Source of the DNA: Sphaeroforma arctica JP610 | Lineage: Eukaryota | NCBI RefSeq assembly: GCF_001186125.1 | Contig: NW_014040340.1 | Span: 8,829 to 48,384 of the forward strand | Reading direction: 5' to 3' | Length of the DNA stretch: 39,556 bases | Shown here: piece after piece, positions 11,707-23,917 of the stretch | How the letters are laid out: each line of letters opens with the position of its first letter | Position numbering within the stretch: the stretch's first letter is position 1 | The notes under the pieces: model-generated | The model's database searches: none | Told to the model about the DNA's origin: nothing | What the model saw: the letters and a program-made list of their open reading frames with translations, nothing else | Position numbers and translations under genes: made by a program

Positions 11707-13588
11707 TGTACATGTGCGTGTACATGTGCGTGTGTGTGTGTGTATAAATAACACGGAATACAATCGTTGCAACTGTGTATCTTGTTCTTCTTTCTTTTTT
11801 TTGCAATGTATATCTATAGTTTAGAGCAGTGCTCTAGAAAACCTTTCGAACTTCGGATCGGATGGAGGGTCCTATTTCAACGGTACATCTGTATCAAAAG
11901 ATGTCGAAATGTAGGCGCACTTTTCCCTTATCATATCATATGTTGCGTAGTCCACCCCACTCACACCTCTGATGTACGCGAGGGCAACAAGTCCAGCTGC
12001 AGCAAGGTGAAGTTCGGTATATTACGGGATGTGATATAGCCACAGTGAACTCCCACCGGCTATCTGTCGATAGCCTGTCTCTGCGCACGTATATATTATC
12101 ACCATGCAGAGATTATCCGATACGTTCTGTATACATATCCCAATGCGTTCGCAACCCCAGGCATATATATATATATGTATATATATATAAATATTCATCC
12201 ACATAAACCAACACCCGTATATTCATCCACATAAAACTACACCCGTATATACATCCACATAAAACTACACCAGTATATTCATCCACACACATGGCTGTTT
12301 CGTTCACCCAGAGCGAGACAAGTATATAACACAGTTCCAGTTCAGTCCTCACTTGTGGATATACATTGCGCATTCAAGTGTGCACATACATACCCCCACC
12401 AGCAACTGCATATACACGCACTCGCATTGCAACCACATCTGACATCGCCGTACCTCTTCTTCCTTCTTCAGGGCCAAGCGGCGGACATTGAGATCCAGGC
12501 CAGAGAAATCCTGAAGATCCGCTCGACACTCAACGACATCTACGTCAAACACACAGGCCAAACCCTCGAGAGAATTGGTGCGTTCTATGCAGTTAGGGTG
12601 CCTTCCTTGTACTTATCGCTGTTGATTGTCCTGAGTGTTCTAATGGGCTTTAGCCATGCTCTGTGTCTGTGTGTGATGCTAATTGGGACTTGAACGTGTT
12701 GTGTGCCTGTGTTTAGTACACCTCGTCCTCGCGGTTTTGGTTACTACACTATTTTGTGCGCTTTCCGAAGCTTCACGTTTTGTTCGAACTGTCTTCGTAT
12801 GATATGATGCAATTTTCCTATATGGTATCGAATTTTAACTGTTACATACACTAGTATAAATGAATCTGGCCTATCCGGTATCTCTATTGTGCGTATATGT
12901 ACAGTTGATGTATTGGCAATTGAATGATATCCGATATCCGTAATACATACTTCCTGTTTGCTTTGCCTGGGATTTTTCATGCACCTATCATATCTATGGT
13001 AGAGTTACTCTCTCACATACGGTTTACCTTGCCATATTTCTAATATATAAAAAGCCCCCATCGGTGGTGGCAGCAAGAGTGGGCAAGTGTCGCTCGGGGA
13101 GCATATCACCTTTCTGTAGAGTGTCTGTTAATGTCCATCATTCCATTGTGATATCAAACCCCCTACTGTAGTGCTTAACAGACACCCATTGTCTGAATCA
13201 TACTCGCGACTATGTAGTGGTAATCTGTTGTTTATATGCATCTTGTTCTGTCGAGTGACCGTCGATCACATTGCTGGCAAAGTATCGGCTAGATCCAAGA
13301 GCTCAGCGCCCATTCTATCTGCCTGTGTTGGTTCAGTGTGCAGTGATTCCTGGTCCTCAACAAGTCATGTACTAACCGGTCTACTTAAGTGTTGTATTTT
13401 GCCTATTGTATACTAAGCTGCACTCTATGATATACTTCTATGCAGAGAAATCGCTGGACAGAGACACGTTCATGTCGGCTCAGGAGGCCAAAGAGTATGG
13501 TCTCATTGATGAGATTCTGTACAAGCGCCCACCTAGTGATAAGAAAGAGGACGGCAAGGACGCATCGGATAAGAAGGACAGTGTCTAG
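8841..13588 (+). CDS. CLPP: ATP-dependent Clp protease proteolytic subunit, mitochondrial (287 aa, 6 exons)
   Basis: join(8841-9098, 9806-9877, 10220-10360, 11502-11645, 12472-12577, 13446-13588); all introns are GT-AG and in phase. Motifs: [40 protein letters not shown] (catalytic Ser), VMVHQPSGG (His), [19 protein letters not shown] (Asp). The Arg/Ser/Thr-rich, acid-poor N-terminus resembles a mitochondrial presequence. Confidence 0.96.
9880..10135. repeat. Direct repeat of about 72 bp in CLPP intron 2
   Basis: atgtctgagaac(g/a)cgtggc...gagtccactcaccccttgtgtttata.cgctcatctcc at about 9880-9952 and about 10064-10135. Confidence 0.85.
10350..10902. repeat. Minisatellite of about 30 bp (about 18 units) in CLPP intron 3, beginning at the exon 3 donor site
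   Basis: Unit (gt)n-gattgtatactatg(c/t)ag; the first copy overlaps the exon end tacaatgcag|gtgtgt. Confidence 0.9.
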
Positions 13589-14182
13589 TAGCTTTAAGGA
13601 ATCTTAGTAAACTATACCAACTCGAATACTGGGCATGGATGCAGATTTACATATTTTGTGCGATTGCTAGGCTATCTTCGTAGTGTATGCATGAAGCTGC
13701 GATACCAAGGTGCCGGCGTCTATGTGAGACAGATCGAGCAGGATGGGTGAAGTGGCCTGCATAACGGTGCCCATTCTATGCGTAAGTAAAGATGTGTTTA
13801 CGGTTGCATATAGAAAAATAAAGTGGTAGGAGGTTTTTATTGGCACTTTGAGGTAGCGATAATAATATATTTGCACTATCTCAAGCTATTTATAGTGCAT
13901 TGGTGATTCTGTTCAGGCATAGGAACATACTTGTTGATTTGCAGAGGCATGCCTATATCAATTTATCCCTGTACCTTCATGTTATGCTTGATGGAAAGGT
14001 ATGTATAGCAACAATTTTTGGCTTGCAGGAGGCATGTATATACATCAAGCTTGTATTTTGTAGGCAGTACATTTATATGTAGTGCTTGATACCGATGTGC
14101 AAAAATTGGCTCGCTTGATTGACTGTGCGAGATAAATGCAAACAATGCTATTTAATAAATAAAAGTGGAAAAAGGTGGAAAG

Positions 14183-14256
14183 TTCTCCGTACCAGGCTCG
14201 AACTGGTGACTTCGGACTTATTAGGTCCGCACTCTAACCAACTGAGTTAACAGAGA
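14183..14256 (-). tRNA. tRNA-Ile (anticodon AAT)
   Basis: Minus strand folds as acceptor TCTCTGT/ACGGAGA, D-arm ACTC/GAGT, anticodon arm CGGAC-CTAATAA-GTCCG and T-arm ACCAG-TTCGAGC-CTGGT, followed by T-runs (Pol III terminator). Confidence 0.95.
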
Positions 14257-15157
14257 TGGTATTTTGTAGTAACAGTATTAATTTATAATATATGAATTTT
14301 GAAGAAGAAAAGATATGAATATTAATCCGTCGTATAGTTCATGTAATAAATATAAATACAGTTGTATTTTGTAGCAGACCGTATACGTATATAGTTTGCT
14401 GTCAATTAACTAAGCTATATACTCTGTCAGATCTACTGACTATTGTACAAAAGGTTCGGATATTGTCCGGCAGTCTTCGCGATTAGCTAGTCCATGGTCC
14501 TTATTCACACACAAGAGTATTTATCCATATGTTTGTCTGTCCTAAATTAAATATCAGTCCTTTTCTCCTATCGGCCGGTGCAAGGCATTCGGTCCTCAAT
14601 GTCCAGGTTCTGGTACATGCCATTACTGTTACAGTGTTACTACAACCACTCCCACCCCCCACCGTCCATGGAGACAACTATAGAGGACCGGGATGATCCG
14701 TATATTGACAGGAGCGAGCCGTAAATTCAAAACAAACAAAAAAAGAGGGATCAAAACTACCCTCTCTGAGTCTCCCAAACCAAGTATAAAATTTTCAAGA
14801 CCAGACCAACATTTTATTAGTCAATATTACGTGTGTCATCCAGACTCAATGGATGGGTGCACTATACCTTTATATGAATGCCTGGGATATCTGTATGTGT
14901 TTTCGTCAACCGCTCTTGGCCGTAAGGAGGCTGCGTGTGTGTTGTAAGCATCTCTCCGATGGCAACACGTATGGGTCTGCTCGTACGATATAGTCGAATG
15001 TAGAAGAATAGAGTATGCATAACACGTATGCATGATATTAATGAATCAGGGTACGAGAATACAACAATGTACACATACCACAGCTCGTGTAGTACTGCAT
15101 AGTATTGTCTAACTTCGAAATTGTGTCAAGATTGCGCTGTTGGTCCGAGATCAACGC

Positions 15158-16378
15158 TCACTCAAACAAAGGATTCCCGTGGCGAATAGACAGTTGCACG
15201 ATAATTGCAACGGCCATGAAACGTTTTGAATACTTCAACCTGTAGGCGCGGAATGTGTTCTTAAGTATTTGGAAACTGCGCAGTCTGGCGTTAGCTGTTT
15301 CGTGTCGGGCTCGCCGTTGACAAAGCAAATATCAACATCACGGATTGGAATTACCAATTCGTATTTTTAGGTGACTTGTCTCGTTTTATGAGACACCAGG
15401 GATGCCTGAAACGGATGAGCTTCGGTAACATTGCAATCGATCACGTCAACCGTAGCAAAAGTATTCGCCATGTCACCGGGTCATAGATATGCCTTCCCTT
15501 TTTCCCAACCGATATGTATTCGACGTGTTTGAACGCATGCAACGGTTACAACAGTGCTCTATATATTTATAGATTTGTACATAAAGCTTGCCTCCTATGT
15601 GCACCTAGAAATTTGCATGCTGGCATACTAAAAATCATCGGCTAAAATGATGAAATGTAATAATGTAAAAACCGTATAGTAGTATGATAGGGTTTACACC
15701 GAACCTATTCGTTAATACATCATTTTCCATGCATTTTGCGTGTAGCTTTAACCTACATCGAGTTGAGGTGTAAATATTCAACCCTATCGCAACTCGCAAG
15801 AAGATTTAATAGATTGAATCTTGTCAACCGAACTTATTTGAGTTGTGCATGCTGTCGTATACACGAACATGATAATATCGAATTTTAATAATCGATTGTT
15901 ACTCCGTACAACACGTAAATATTAGTGGGCCGCCATGCAGATTAATATATGGTATATGTCACAACAATTGTCCATAGCAGAAATTCAACTAAATCATTAC
16001 ATATGGATTTACATCGTCGGTGTATATCATTTCGCACACATTTATATCATCTTGACACTCGCATACTATTCCGGTCAGCTCGGTAATCTGCTCGGTGACG
16101 TACCAATGCCATTCATTATAAGTCTTTGTGGCTACCCCGAAGATTACTGCGCCAACATCGTCCTTTGGGTAGCATGCTAAAAAGTGCATAGCCATCAACA
16201 AATGTGTTGGTGTGGCACGTGTGTTAAGTTGTGTTGTCAGCTCGTTGTATATGATCGTGACTACGAGTGCAGAGGCGCCAAACATTGCCTTGAACGTTCT
16301 ACTAAATAGACGATCATTGACACTTCTACAATTTATGTAGCTGAGATCTGCTTGTCGGATGATGGCCACAGACATCAT
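15158..16378 (-). mobile_element. Decayed DDE transposase (IS5/ISL2EU/Harbinger-like, DDE_Tnp_4 type)
   Basis: N-terminal part FKAMFG...PTHLLMAMHFLACYP...FGVATKTYNEWHW (about 16070-16378). Catalytic-region pieces ATVDVIDCNVTEAHPF...SHK...KYELVIPIRDVDICFVN and RARHETANARLRSFQILKNTFR...AVAIIVQL...PLFE (15158-15520). Contains stops and an internal deletion; no TIRs found. Confidence 0.75.
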
Positions 16379-19300
16379 AGTTCAAATAGAATGGTAGATA
16401 ATGTAAAAGAGAGTCACAGAGTTTGTGTACACAATTCTATGCTCTGATGAAAATGTGTTATATGTAGCGTTTACAAAGCTATTTATCTGGAGATACAGTA
16501 GATGTACATATCTCTCTCGAGATTGATGCAATGAGGTTTCAGGTTTGGTCGAATTCGGATTAAATAAATTGATGACACCCAACTGTTATGATCTCAAATT
16601 TAATTGGTTCAAACTACCGCGCCCCGACCGCTGATTTGAAAAATAGTCATCAGTTGGTATTTGACTGATTTCTATGATAGGCCACTGTGAGTATGTGAAT
16701 TGGATATAAGTCACACGACACGACATTATTAAGGGAGATATTTATAGTTGTGAAACACGCGACATCGAACGGGCACACTTTTGTGTACGTTTTAACTGGA
16801 TACCTATTCAGCTAAACTCTTCAGTCGTCACCAATCGCGTATTTAAGTAGTGTTCCTTTATCATCAACCATCGCACACTCACCGCACTGCACTACTTGTG
16901 CGTCGAAGTAAATATTGCATAATCGCGAATGCTGTCATATTTTGTTGATACACGCATTCTGATCCTCTAAATATCGAGAATACTCAACATAATGATATTA
17001 GGATTATGTCACGGAAGTCTACTCAGCCGCTTTGAACGAACGGGTCTTCAAGATAATATTCAGGAGGCCCGAGAGGCACCAACTGACAAGGACACCGATG
17101 ATGATGACGACAACACATCGCTTCAGACGGAAGAGAGACCAGTCGCAGCCTGAAAATCATGTAAAACCGTGCAACAACCCGCTATTGATATGCAATTGGC
17201 AAAGAATTTATCAAGCAAACAAGAGGCCAACATGCGAGAGTTTGTGAACACATGGCTCAAGAACACAAAGTTTGCTCTGAATTATAGGCTAGTGGAGACC
17301 ACATATCCGGTTATGAAGTATAGGATGGTGGCAGTAAGAATATAGTTTATGGCCACATAGACAACTGGATGATTTTAGCCCTCTGGAGTATAGCCACAGC
17401 GAGACGTCTTTTACTTTCACACACATGATCACCTCCGTATTCATAAGAGCTGAAAGATCACGTCGCGCAGGAAGATACCCAACGAAATGAGATGAAAGCT
17501 GCGGTTAAGGCACCTCACGCTCGTAAATGCAAAACTACACCACGAAAGTTTGGGATGTCCAGAGTCTGTGCGAGCTAGAGTGGCGATTCAGTTGCCCTTC
17601 AAAGTAACCACTTTAGCGAAGTATGTATTCATAAAGACCATTCGAACACTAAAAAAGAGCCAATCGGCCTGGTTTTCACCTTCATGAAAGATGCAGTGAA
17701 GAAGGTGGATAAGGCCGATAGGCTCAAGTTGACTCTCACCCGGCAGCAATGATTTGATGAGTGAGGCACCCAGGCCTGAACAGAGGAGACTCAGAATGTA
17801 TACATATACCACGATATGTACATGATGCAGATGATTATATAGTGAGACATTGTGCTTACTGCATATTATTTTATCACATACATTCAGTTAAATAAATACT
17901 CAACTCCAACTTTCAATATTAAGGCGTTCAAAATTATCACGCGCATACTATTTCGTCTTGTGTGTGCAAGTATGCTCACCATAAAGGTACACCCATGAGT
18001 GATTACATGCCATAACACACTATATAGTATATTTTAATATTGAGAGCGATATTCACATCGGCGATATAGTGCTACGTTAGCTAAACACTGACCTAGTGCG
18101 TGTGCACAAAGGTAAATAGAATTCTATAGAACGATATCAAACTCATTTTAGTTCAACTGTAGAAACAAATTGTACTTGTGGATACATAACTGCAGTCAAC
18201 CGGATACCATGTACGGTGCAGGTCAGTACAAAAATTGAAGTGTTATCTGAACACCATTGAGCTAGTGGTCGATCTGCATAGCCTCGTTGTGCATACTAAA
18301 CTAGCTTATATGCGAAACAACGTAACGTGGATGACCATATGAAAGAATGTAAGGCGAATGTGCGTGTTTTGCTGCTCTACAACGCGTCCATATATCGATA
18401 GGACTGATTTGAATGATTATGAATACACAGTATTGTAGCATTCGTACTCACGTATATGTGTGTGTTTGTATGAAACCAACACTGTGATAGTGGATATCCA
18501 TCCGTGCGTAGATATTCATATGTGTGAATTGGAGGAGCAGCGACTAAAACGGCGACAGTTACAACAATTCAGTCAAAATGTATTCAAGGGCATTACACAT
18601 ACATGTGCACACGCACATTAAAGTAAGATTTGACTTTATTTCACGAAAGTTTTCGAAAAGCCATCTTTGGAGTTGACTGCGCACAGTACCTCACGGTTTT
18701 TAAGGTTCATCATTATTGCGGATGCCGAAGCAAGATCACCCGTGATGAGTCGCGCCAGTCGTGCCCTTAGTTGCCTTATACAGAGTGATTTCATGGACCG
18801 TGGAGAGCAGTATGAACCAATGAGGTTTTCCTTTAGAGCCCCTTTATCAAGTTTATCGGAGCTCAAGTTGATATATGTGCCGCAGGTGCAATCTATTAAA
18901 CACTCAAAACACGGAAAAATGTCGTTTTACGGTGACTTGCCCATATATGTACCTTATATACGAAGAATCCAAATGTAATTGAGCTCGACACTTTGCTCCG
19001 ACAGTATTAAAGTGTAAAGTGTTTAGTTGGAGTCTATGATGGCTTTTATGCTGGAAATGCATATTTCGCTGTATTTAACACTGAAACAATCACCACCCCA
19101 ATGCATGTTTTGGCGTGTTCTGGCGTCTTTTGGCGCGTTTTGCAAATACGCACCCCTCGAGCTTTATGTACAAGGGTGCCACAACCAAAGCTCGACTGGT
19201 TTAGTGGGCATGATTCTGTAGCACTTTTCACACCAATATGCTGTGATTGATCAATAGTGCCAATTAATAAATCTACACATGGGCACGCGCGCAAAAACCA

Positions 19301-20158
19301 GCCCAAACTGTGAACAGAACGTGATACATTTTAGTGTACGTGATGTTACTGCTTTATGTTTGTTTATGTAACTTCCGCATCTAGCAACTCATATCGACAA
19401 CATTCGTACAGAAAGATCTGGTTGTTTTTCTCGTAGCTGATAAATGTGTAAATTTACCGCTTTGTGATAGGCATTGTTATGCAAGGTTAAACTTTTAAAC
19501 ATTTATAGCCAATAAAGCAAGCACGAGATTATATGAAGCATAGTGCTAAAATAGCTATCTACCACAGTATGCACACTTGTATATATTTGTACTACGACTT
19601 GTACACTAAGATCTGTATCTACCAGTCTAGGTGTACACACATTAATTAGCTCTAAAAATGAAGCCCCGAATACTATGAATATATACAGCAACATGCACTT
19701 CTGTACGGGACAGCGATATCAACTGTATTTAAACTTAATCAGCATTGCATGTATTGAGTCGCGCTTTAGTTCCATAGATAAGTGAGAAAGAAACCATAGT
19801 GTTGCGTGGACAGCTTATACTCATTGGAATACAACGGGTAGCACCGCAATGTTTGCTATATTCGGTGGTAGGCTTTCAACATTGTATGTGTTTTTTGTGT
19901 TATTTTCGTCAGCGTGGATAAGGATCAGCAATCTCATAATATCGACACGCACATCAAAGTGACGCACACCTTATAATCAATGCAGAGTACAAATAAGATA
20001 TACCTTCATAGTACAAAAAAAAATCTATTACCGAAAACAGAAACTCGAACAATCTGTTATGTCTTGGTATAGTTACCAAAGCTCTTACTTGCTTACATCC
20101 GCGAGAAATAAAGGGAAGGCAGTGTACGCTTCATGAATCATGTCACAGAAGGGGATGA

Positions 20159-20620
20159 TTACCTCAGAGTCCAGGAAACGGAATATACAACTCCAGTCTT
20201 CTTCATTTCCTGAGTCATATAGTGTTCCGGGCGTGTATACACAGCAGAAGGGAGATCAACCTTCATGGAGCACCAAATCGGGGCATCCAAGGCCATAGAA
20301 CTCCGCGCAATCTCATTATCCACATAAACACGAGCGTGAAATATTTCGCTCCAGGCTTCGTTAACACAATTTGCAGGTCGATGGGAAGTTATACTGGCCC
20401 ATTCATTGTCTGTTTCGTACTCTATAGTGGCCTCGTCTGCGTCTTGGTTGAATTGTATAGCTCTGAAGTTTTGCATCGACATCCCCCATGGTACCATAAT
20501 GGTGAGTACTAGATCGCGACAGCCGGTTCTAGGATTGTGAAAAAAAGGCTCAGGCTCCTCATTTTCATCATCGCTTTCGCCATCACAAGTGTCGATCACA
20601 AGCGTCGTCGAATCCGCCAT
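20159..20620 (-). CDS. Hypothetical protein (153-aa open frame, possibly continuing via an intron)
   Basis: Uninterrupted ATG-started ORF with globular-protein composition (acidic N-terminus, then alternating beta-strand-like segments). It ends at a plausible donor, CTGAG|GTAATC. Confidence 0.5.
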   Translation of the reverse strand: MADSTTLVIDTCDGESDDENEEPEPFFHNPRTGCRDLVLTIMVPWGMSMQNFRAIQFNQDADEATIEYETDNEWASITSHRPANCVNEAWSEIFHARVYVDNEIARSSMALDAPIWCSMKVDLPSAVYTRPEHYMTQEMKKTGVVYSVSWTLR

Positions 20621-21173
20621 GAACTAGAGTAAGTGATTTGTGTCCGATTTGTCCTCGGCCATGATGGAAAGACGTCTCCTGGCCTCGTTTCCACTCTTGA
20701 TCGCTGAGAATTAATGGAAAAAACAATAGCGACTTTGTGTGCATGAGTACGCTGTTGCAGATGCAGACTACAACATCTAAATGCAACCTTTTTCGTACTA
20801 ATAGCCTGCGCTCGCCCTACAAGATATACCCACACGCCTGAATCTGTACCAAACTATTTTTAAGATATATATAATGCCATGTGAAAAGACTACGGTGATT
20901 ATTTAGAATAGTATGTTGTGTATCCTGGGTACTCGGTAAGGGAAACAGAAGTGATGCCGATGTTAGTCGGAAGAAATAATCATACAATCCAAACATGCTT
21001 ACATACTAAAGTGCCTCCTTACAGAGTATAACGTTAGTTGCGCGCGAGCGAAAATTAAAGAGCCAACCTTGAAGTATAGTCATGCATTAATAACACTCAT
21101 AAATTGGGACAAGTATATGGACCTGATTTGTTGCAGTAAATACCATACAAACGTAAATACCATACAAACATAT

Positions 21174-21505
21174 TGTAGAGTATGGAAAGTAGCTGAAAGG
21201 TACACGACAAGGATACAATAGCCACTTCTCAAGTACGATTGTCTCAGCTAGGAAAAGTCCCTAGTCTGAGAGAACCGACCTGAGTCTTTATTTGCGTTTT
21301 CATTAGACTCAGGATTTAACTCAGGATTTACTTGAGTGTTTCTCTCACACGTGGAGTCCCGGTATAGCTTACCGGTTCTACCGCTAATATTTATGGTGAC
21401 TCTAATATCAGAAATTCCAATCATAATTCCAAAACTCAATATTTGATTATTCTGGGATTTGGGATTTGCATTGGCTTTTTGATAATCTGGTCCCTAGATG
21501 CTACA
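21174..21505 (-). repeat. 3' LTR of the Gypsy element (332 bp)
   Basis: TGTAG...CTACA inverted termini, preceded on the minus strand by the PPT; AATAAA lies inside on the minus strand. Confidence 0.7.
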
Positions 21506-22699
21506 GCCCCCCAACTTTATGCTTCTTAACCTGCGTAGGAGTAGAAAGTGACATCTTACAGTACTAGATTATCTAGAGGTTGGTGCTTGTATACAGGGAA
21601 AGACTTGTTTCTTAGGGGGCATAAGATGAAAAACCTGCCACCAGTATTTTTTTCTTACATTCTACCACGCTCATGGGAGTCAGTCTTGACCGGTGCTCTC
21701 GATTGTTCTCAACTTGGCTTTGGAAAACGCTTCTCAACGGTGCTTTCACAGCCGAGTCTTTGGTCCTTGTCCCTCTGGTGTAAGAGGAGAGCACGCTTCA
21801 AGGCGAGAAAGGTGGAAGTGTCCCGTGGTATCAGTGAGACTTGCTTAGGTCCCCCGCCTCGTGCGCTTTCTGTTGCTTGGTGATCTTATATCAGTGCTCG
21901 TCGTTGCTGGCTTCTTTGGCCTTGACTGCCTTTGTTTGCGTCGGTAGCGTTGACGGTATGTTGTGATGACATCCGCATCTGCGATGTCTGATTCATGCGT
22001 CCAGGTAGTGCAACATTGTTATCTAGTTGTGGCCTGATGGCTTCTTCTAGATTCTGTAGTCGCTCTTCCCAAGAAACTGATATACTGGGTGCGGTCACTG
22101 GCTCGTTGTAGTCTGTTAGTGTTGGAAGTCGTGAACACCAGTTACCAGGATTTTGCTCAACGTATTTTCGTAACAGTGGCATGAGGTCTCTGTGTGATCG
22201 TTCGTTCGCGCCTAATACTTTAGGTTGATACGGCCGAGAGACTAGGTGTCGCATTGGGGCCTGTTCAACAACTTTTGAAAGTGTGTTGTTAATGTATTCA
22301 GTGCCATGGTCAGTCCAAATGATTTGTAGGAATCCATGTTCACACATGATTGGTACTAGCGTGCGCGGCATCATTGGACGTAATATGACACACGATGAGT
22401 GTACATCGAGCCATACTAACACATAAGTGTGTCCTCTGTTGGAATACAATACTTGAACTCTGTCGCCTGGAAATGCGGCTGTGATTGATTGTAAGGGATG
22501 GAATTCCTTTTTGTGTATCTTATATTTGAGACATGGTATGTATCTGTCAATGAACTTGTGAACATGTTGTTACCTTTTCCTCAGGAGTGTAATGTCCCAA
22601 GTTGTGCTATTGTTCGAGTTTTTAGGTAAACTGGTTCTGATGCTGCAATGTGTATGGCAGGTTGTTCCCGCGTTGGGTCAAAGTACGGAGAATTCACTC

Positions 22700-23095
22700 C
22701 TACTTTTGCTACTAATGTGACACCCAATGGGGTCTTGCCACAAGCTTTCTTACTTTATTTGAGGAAAGTATTGTTTGTGTTTTCCACTAGCATTTGGTAT
22801 TCTTCCAGTAAAGACAAGAATTTTGGAAACCATGTTGCATAGGGGTAGTATGGTACACATATCGTGATGCTGGTTGCCTCTTTAATTACTTTGTCCAGGA
22901 CATCAGGTATGAGTTCCCATGGTGGGTTCGTCCATGCATATATTTCCTGCGCCCACTTTTGTTGTAGCGCATTCTTTTTTGGTGTAGTATTTATCTGTGT
23001 GTGCATTGTGTGCCGATGCAAAAAGATACACTGTGAATTTTCCAAACCGCCATTCAGCTTCTTGGTATAATCTGAGGTGTAACATCCGGTCTATG
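22700..23095 (-). pseudogene. Dam-like (DIRS-type) DNA amino-methyltransferase domain in Gypsy pol, frameshifted
   Basis: DRMLH...RFGKFTV(Y/D)LFAS.HNAH (motif I at 23014-23028), then a frameshift in an A-run near 22975, then NALQQKW...YAWTNPPWELIPDVLDKV...ITICVPYYPYATWFP (NPPW at 22917-22928). Confidence 0.85.
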
Positions 23096-23363
23096 GCTGA
23101 TATGGTTAATATATTTATAATTAGATTATTTGATTAATCTACTGAGACAAATATCTACAATTGCGTTTCAACGTATACCAGGTTTCATAACAGTATTGCG
23201 TTTAAACATTTATACGTTTATAATATACGCTTAACATGTGCTTCTACTATAGGAACCCGCTGATTTTAGAACAGTGAACCGCTGCCCGATAAGATGGTCA
23301 TGAAAGTGAACCAAAGCATAGGTATTAAAGTGCTAATAGCTTAAGATCCACTGTGAATTTTCC

Positions 23364-23591
23364 NNNNNNNNNNNNNNNNNNNNNNNNNNNNNNNNNNNNN
23401 NNNNNNNNNNNNNNNNNNNNNNNNNNNNNNNNNNNNNNNNNNNNNNNNNNNNNNNNNNNNNNNNNNNNNNNNNNNNNNNNNNNNNNNNNNNNNNNNNNNN
23501 NNNNNNNNNNNNNNNNNNNNNNNNNNNNNNNNNNNNNNNNNNNNNNNNNNNNNNNNNNNNNNNNNNNNNNNNNNNNNNNNNNNNNNNNNNN
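23364..23591. other. Assembly gap (N run); a second small gap lies at about 6028-6047
   Basis: N characters; both flanks carry the same 32-bp junction sequence. Confidence 1.
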
Positions 23592-23917
23592 GCTAATAGC
23601 TTAAGATCCACTGTGAATTTTCCAAACCGTCGTTCAGCTTCTTGGTAGAATCCGGGGTGTAGCATCCGGTCTATGGCTGATATGGTTAATATATTTATGA
23701 TTAGAATATTTAATTGATTTGCAGTTTCAAATATCTACAATTGCGTTTCAACGTATACCAGGTTTTATAATAGTATTGCGTTTAAACATTCATACGTTTA
23801 TAATATACGTTTAACATGTGCTTCTACTATATGAACCCGCTGATTCTACAACAGTGAGCCGCTGCCCGATAAGATGGTCATGAAAGTGAATCAGAGCATA
23901 GGTATCAAAGTGCTAAT

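Noticed and set aside
17000..19320. Coding-like decayed segments, possibly a tyrosine-recombinase (Crypton-like) or other transposon relic
   Set aside because: Too many stops and no complete catalytic motif that I can identify with confidence.
22700..23095. MTase as evidence of a DIRS element
   Set aside because: No tyrosine recombinase is seen. The flanking domains are a Gypsy-type RNase H and a DDE integrase, with a PPT and a TG..CA LTR.
23332..23623. A third tandem copy of the RH-MT unit spanning the gap
   Set aside because: Both gap flanks carry the same 32-bp junction, which suggests an unmerged contig overlap. Copy number cannot be determined.
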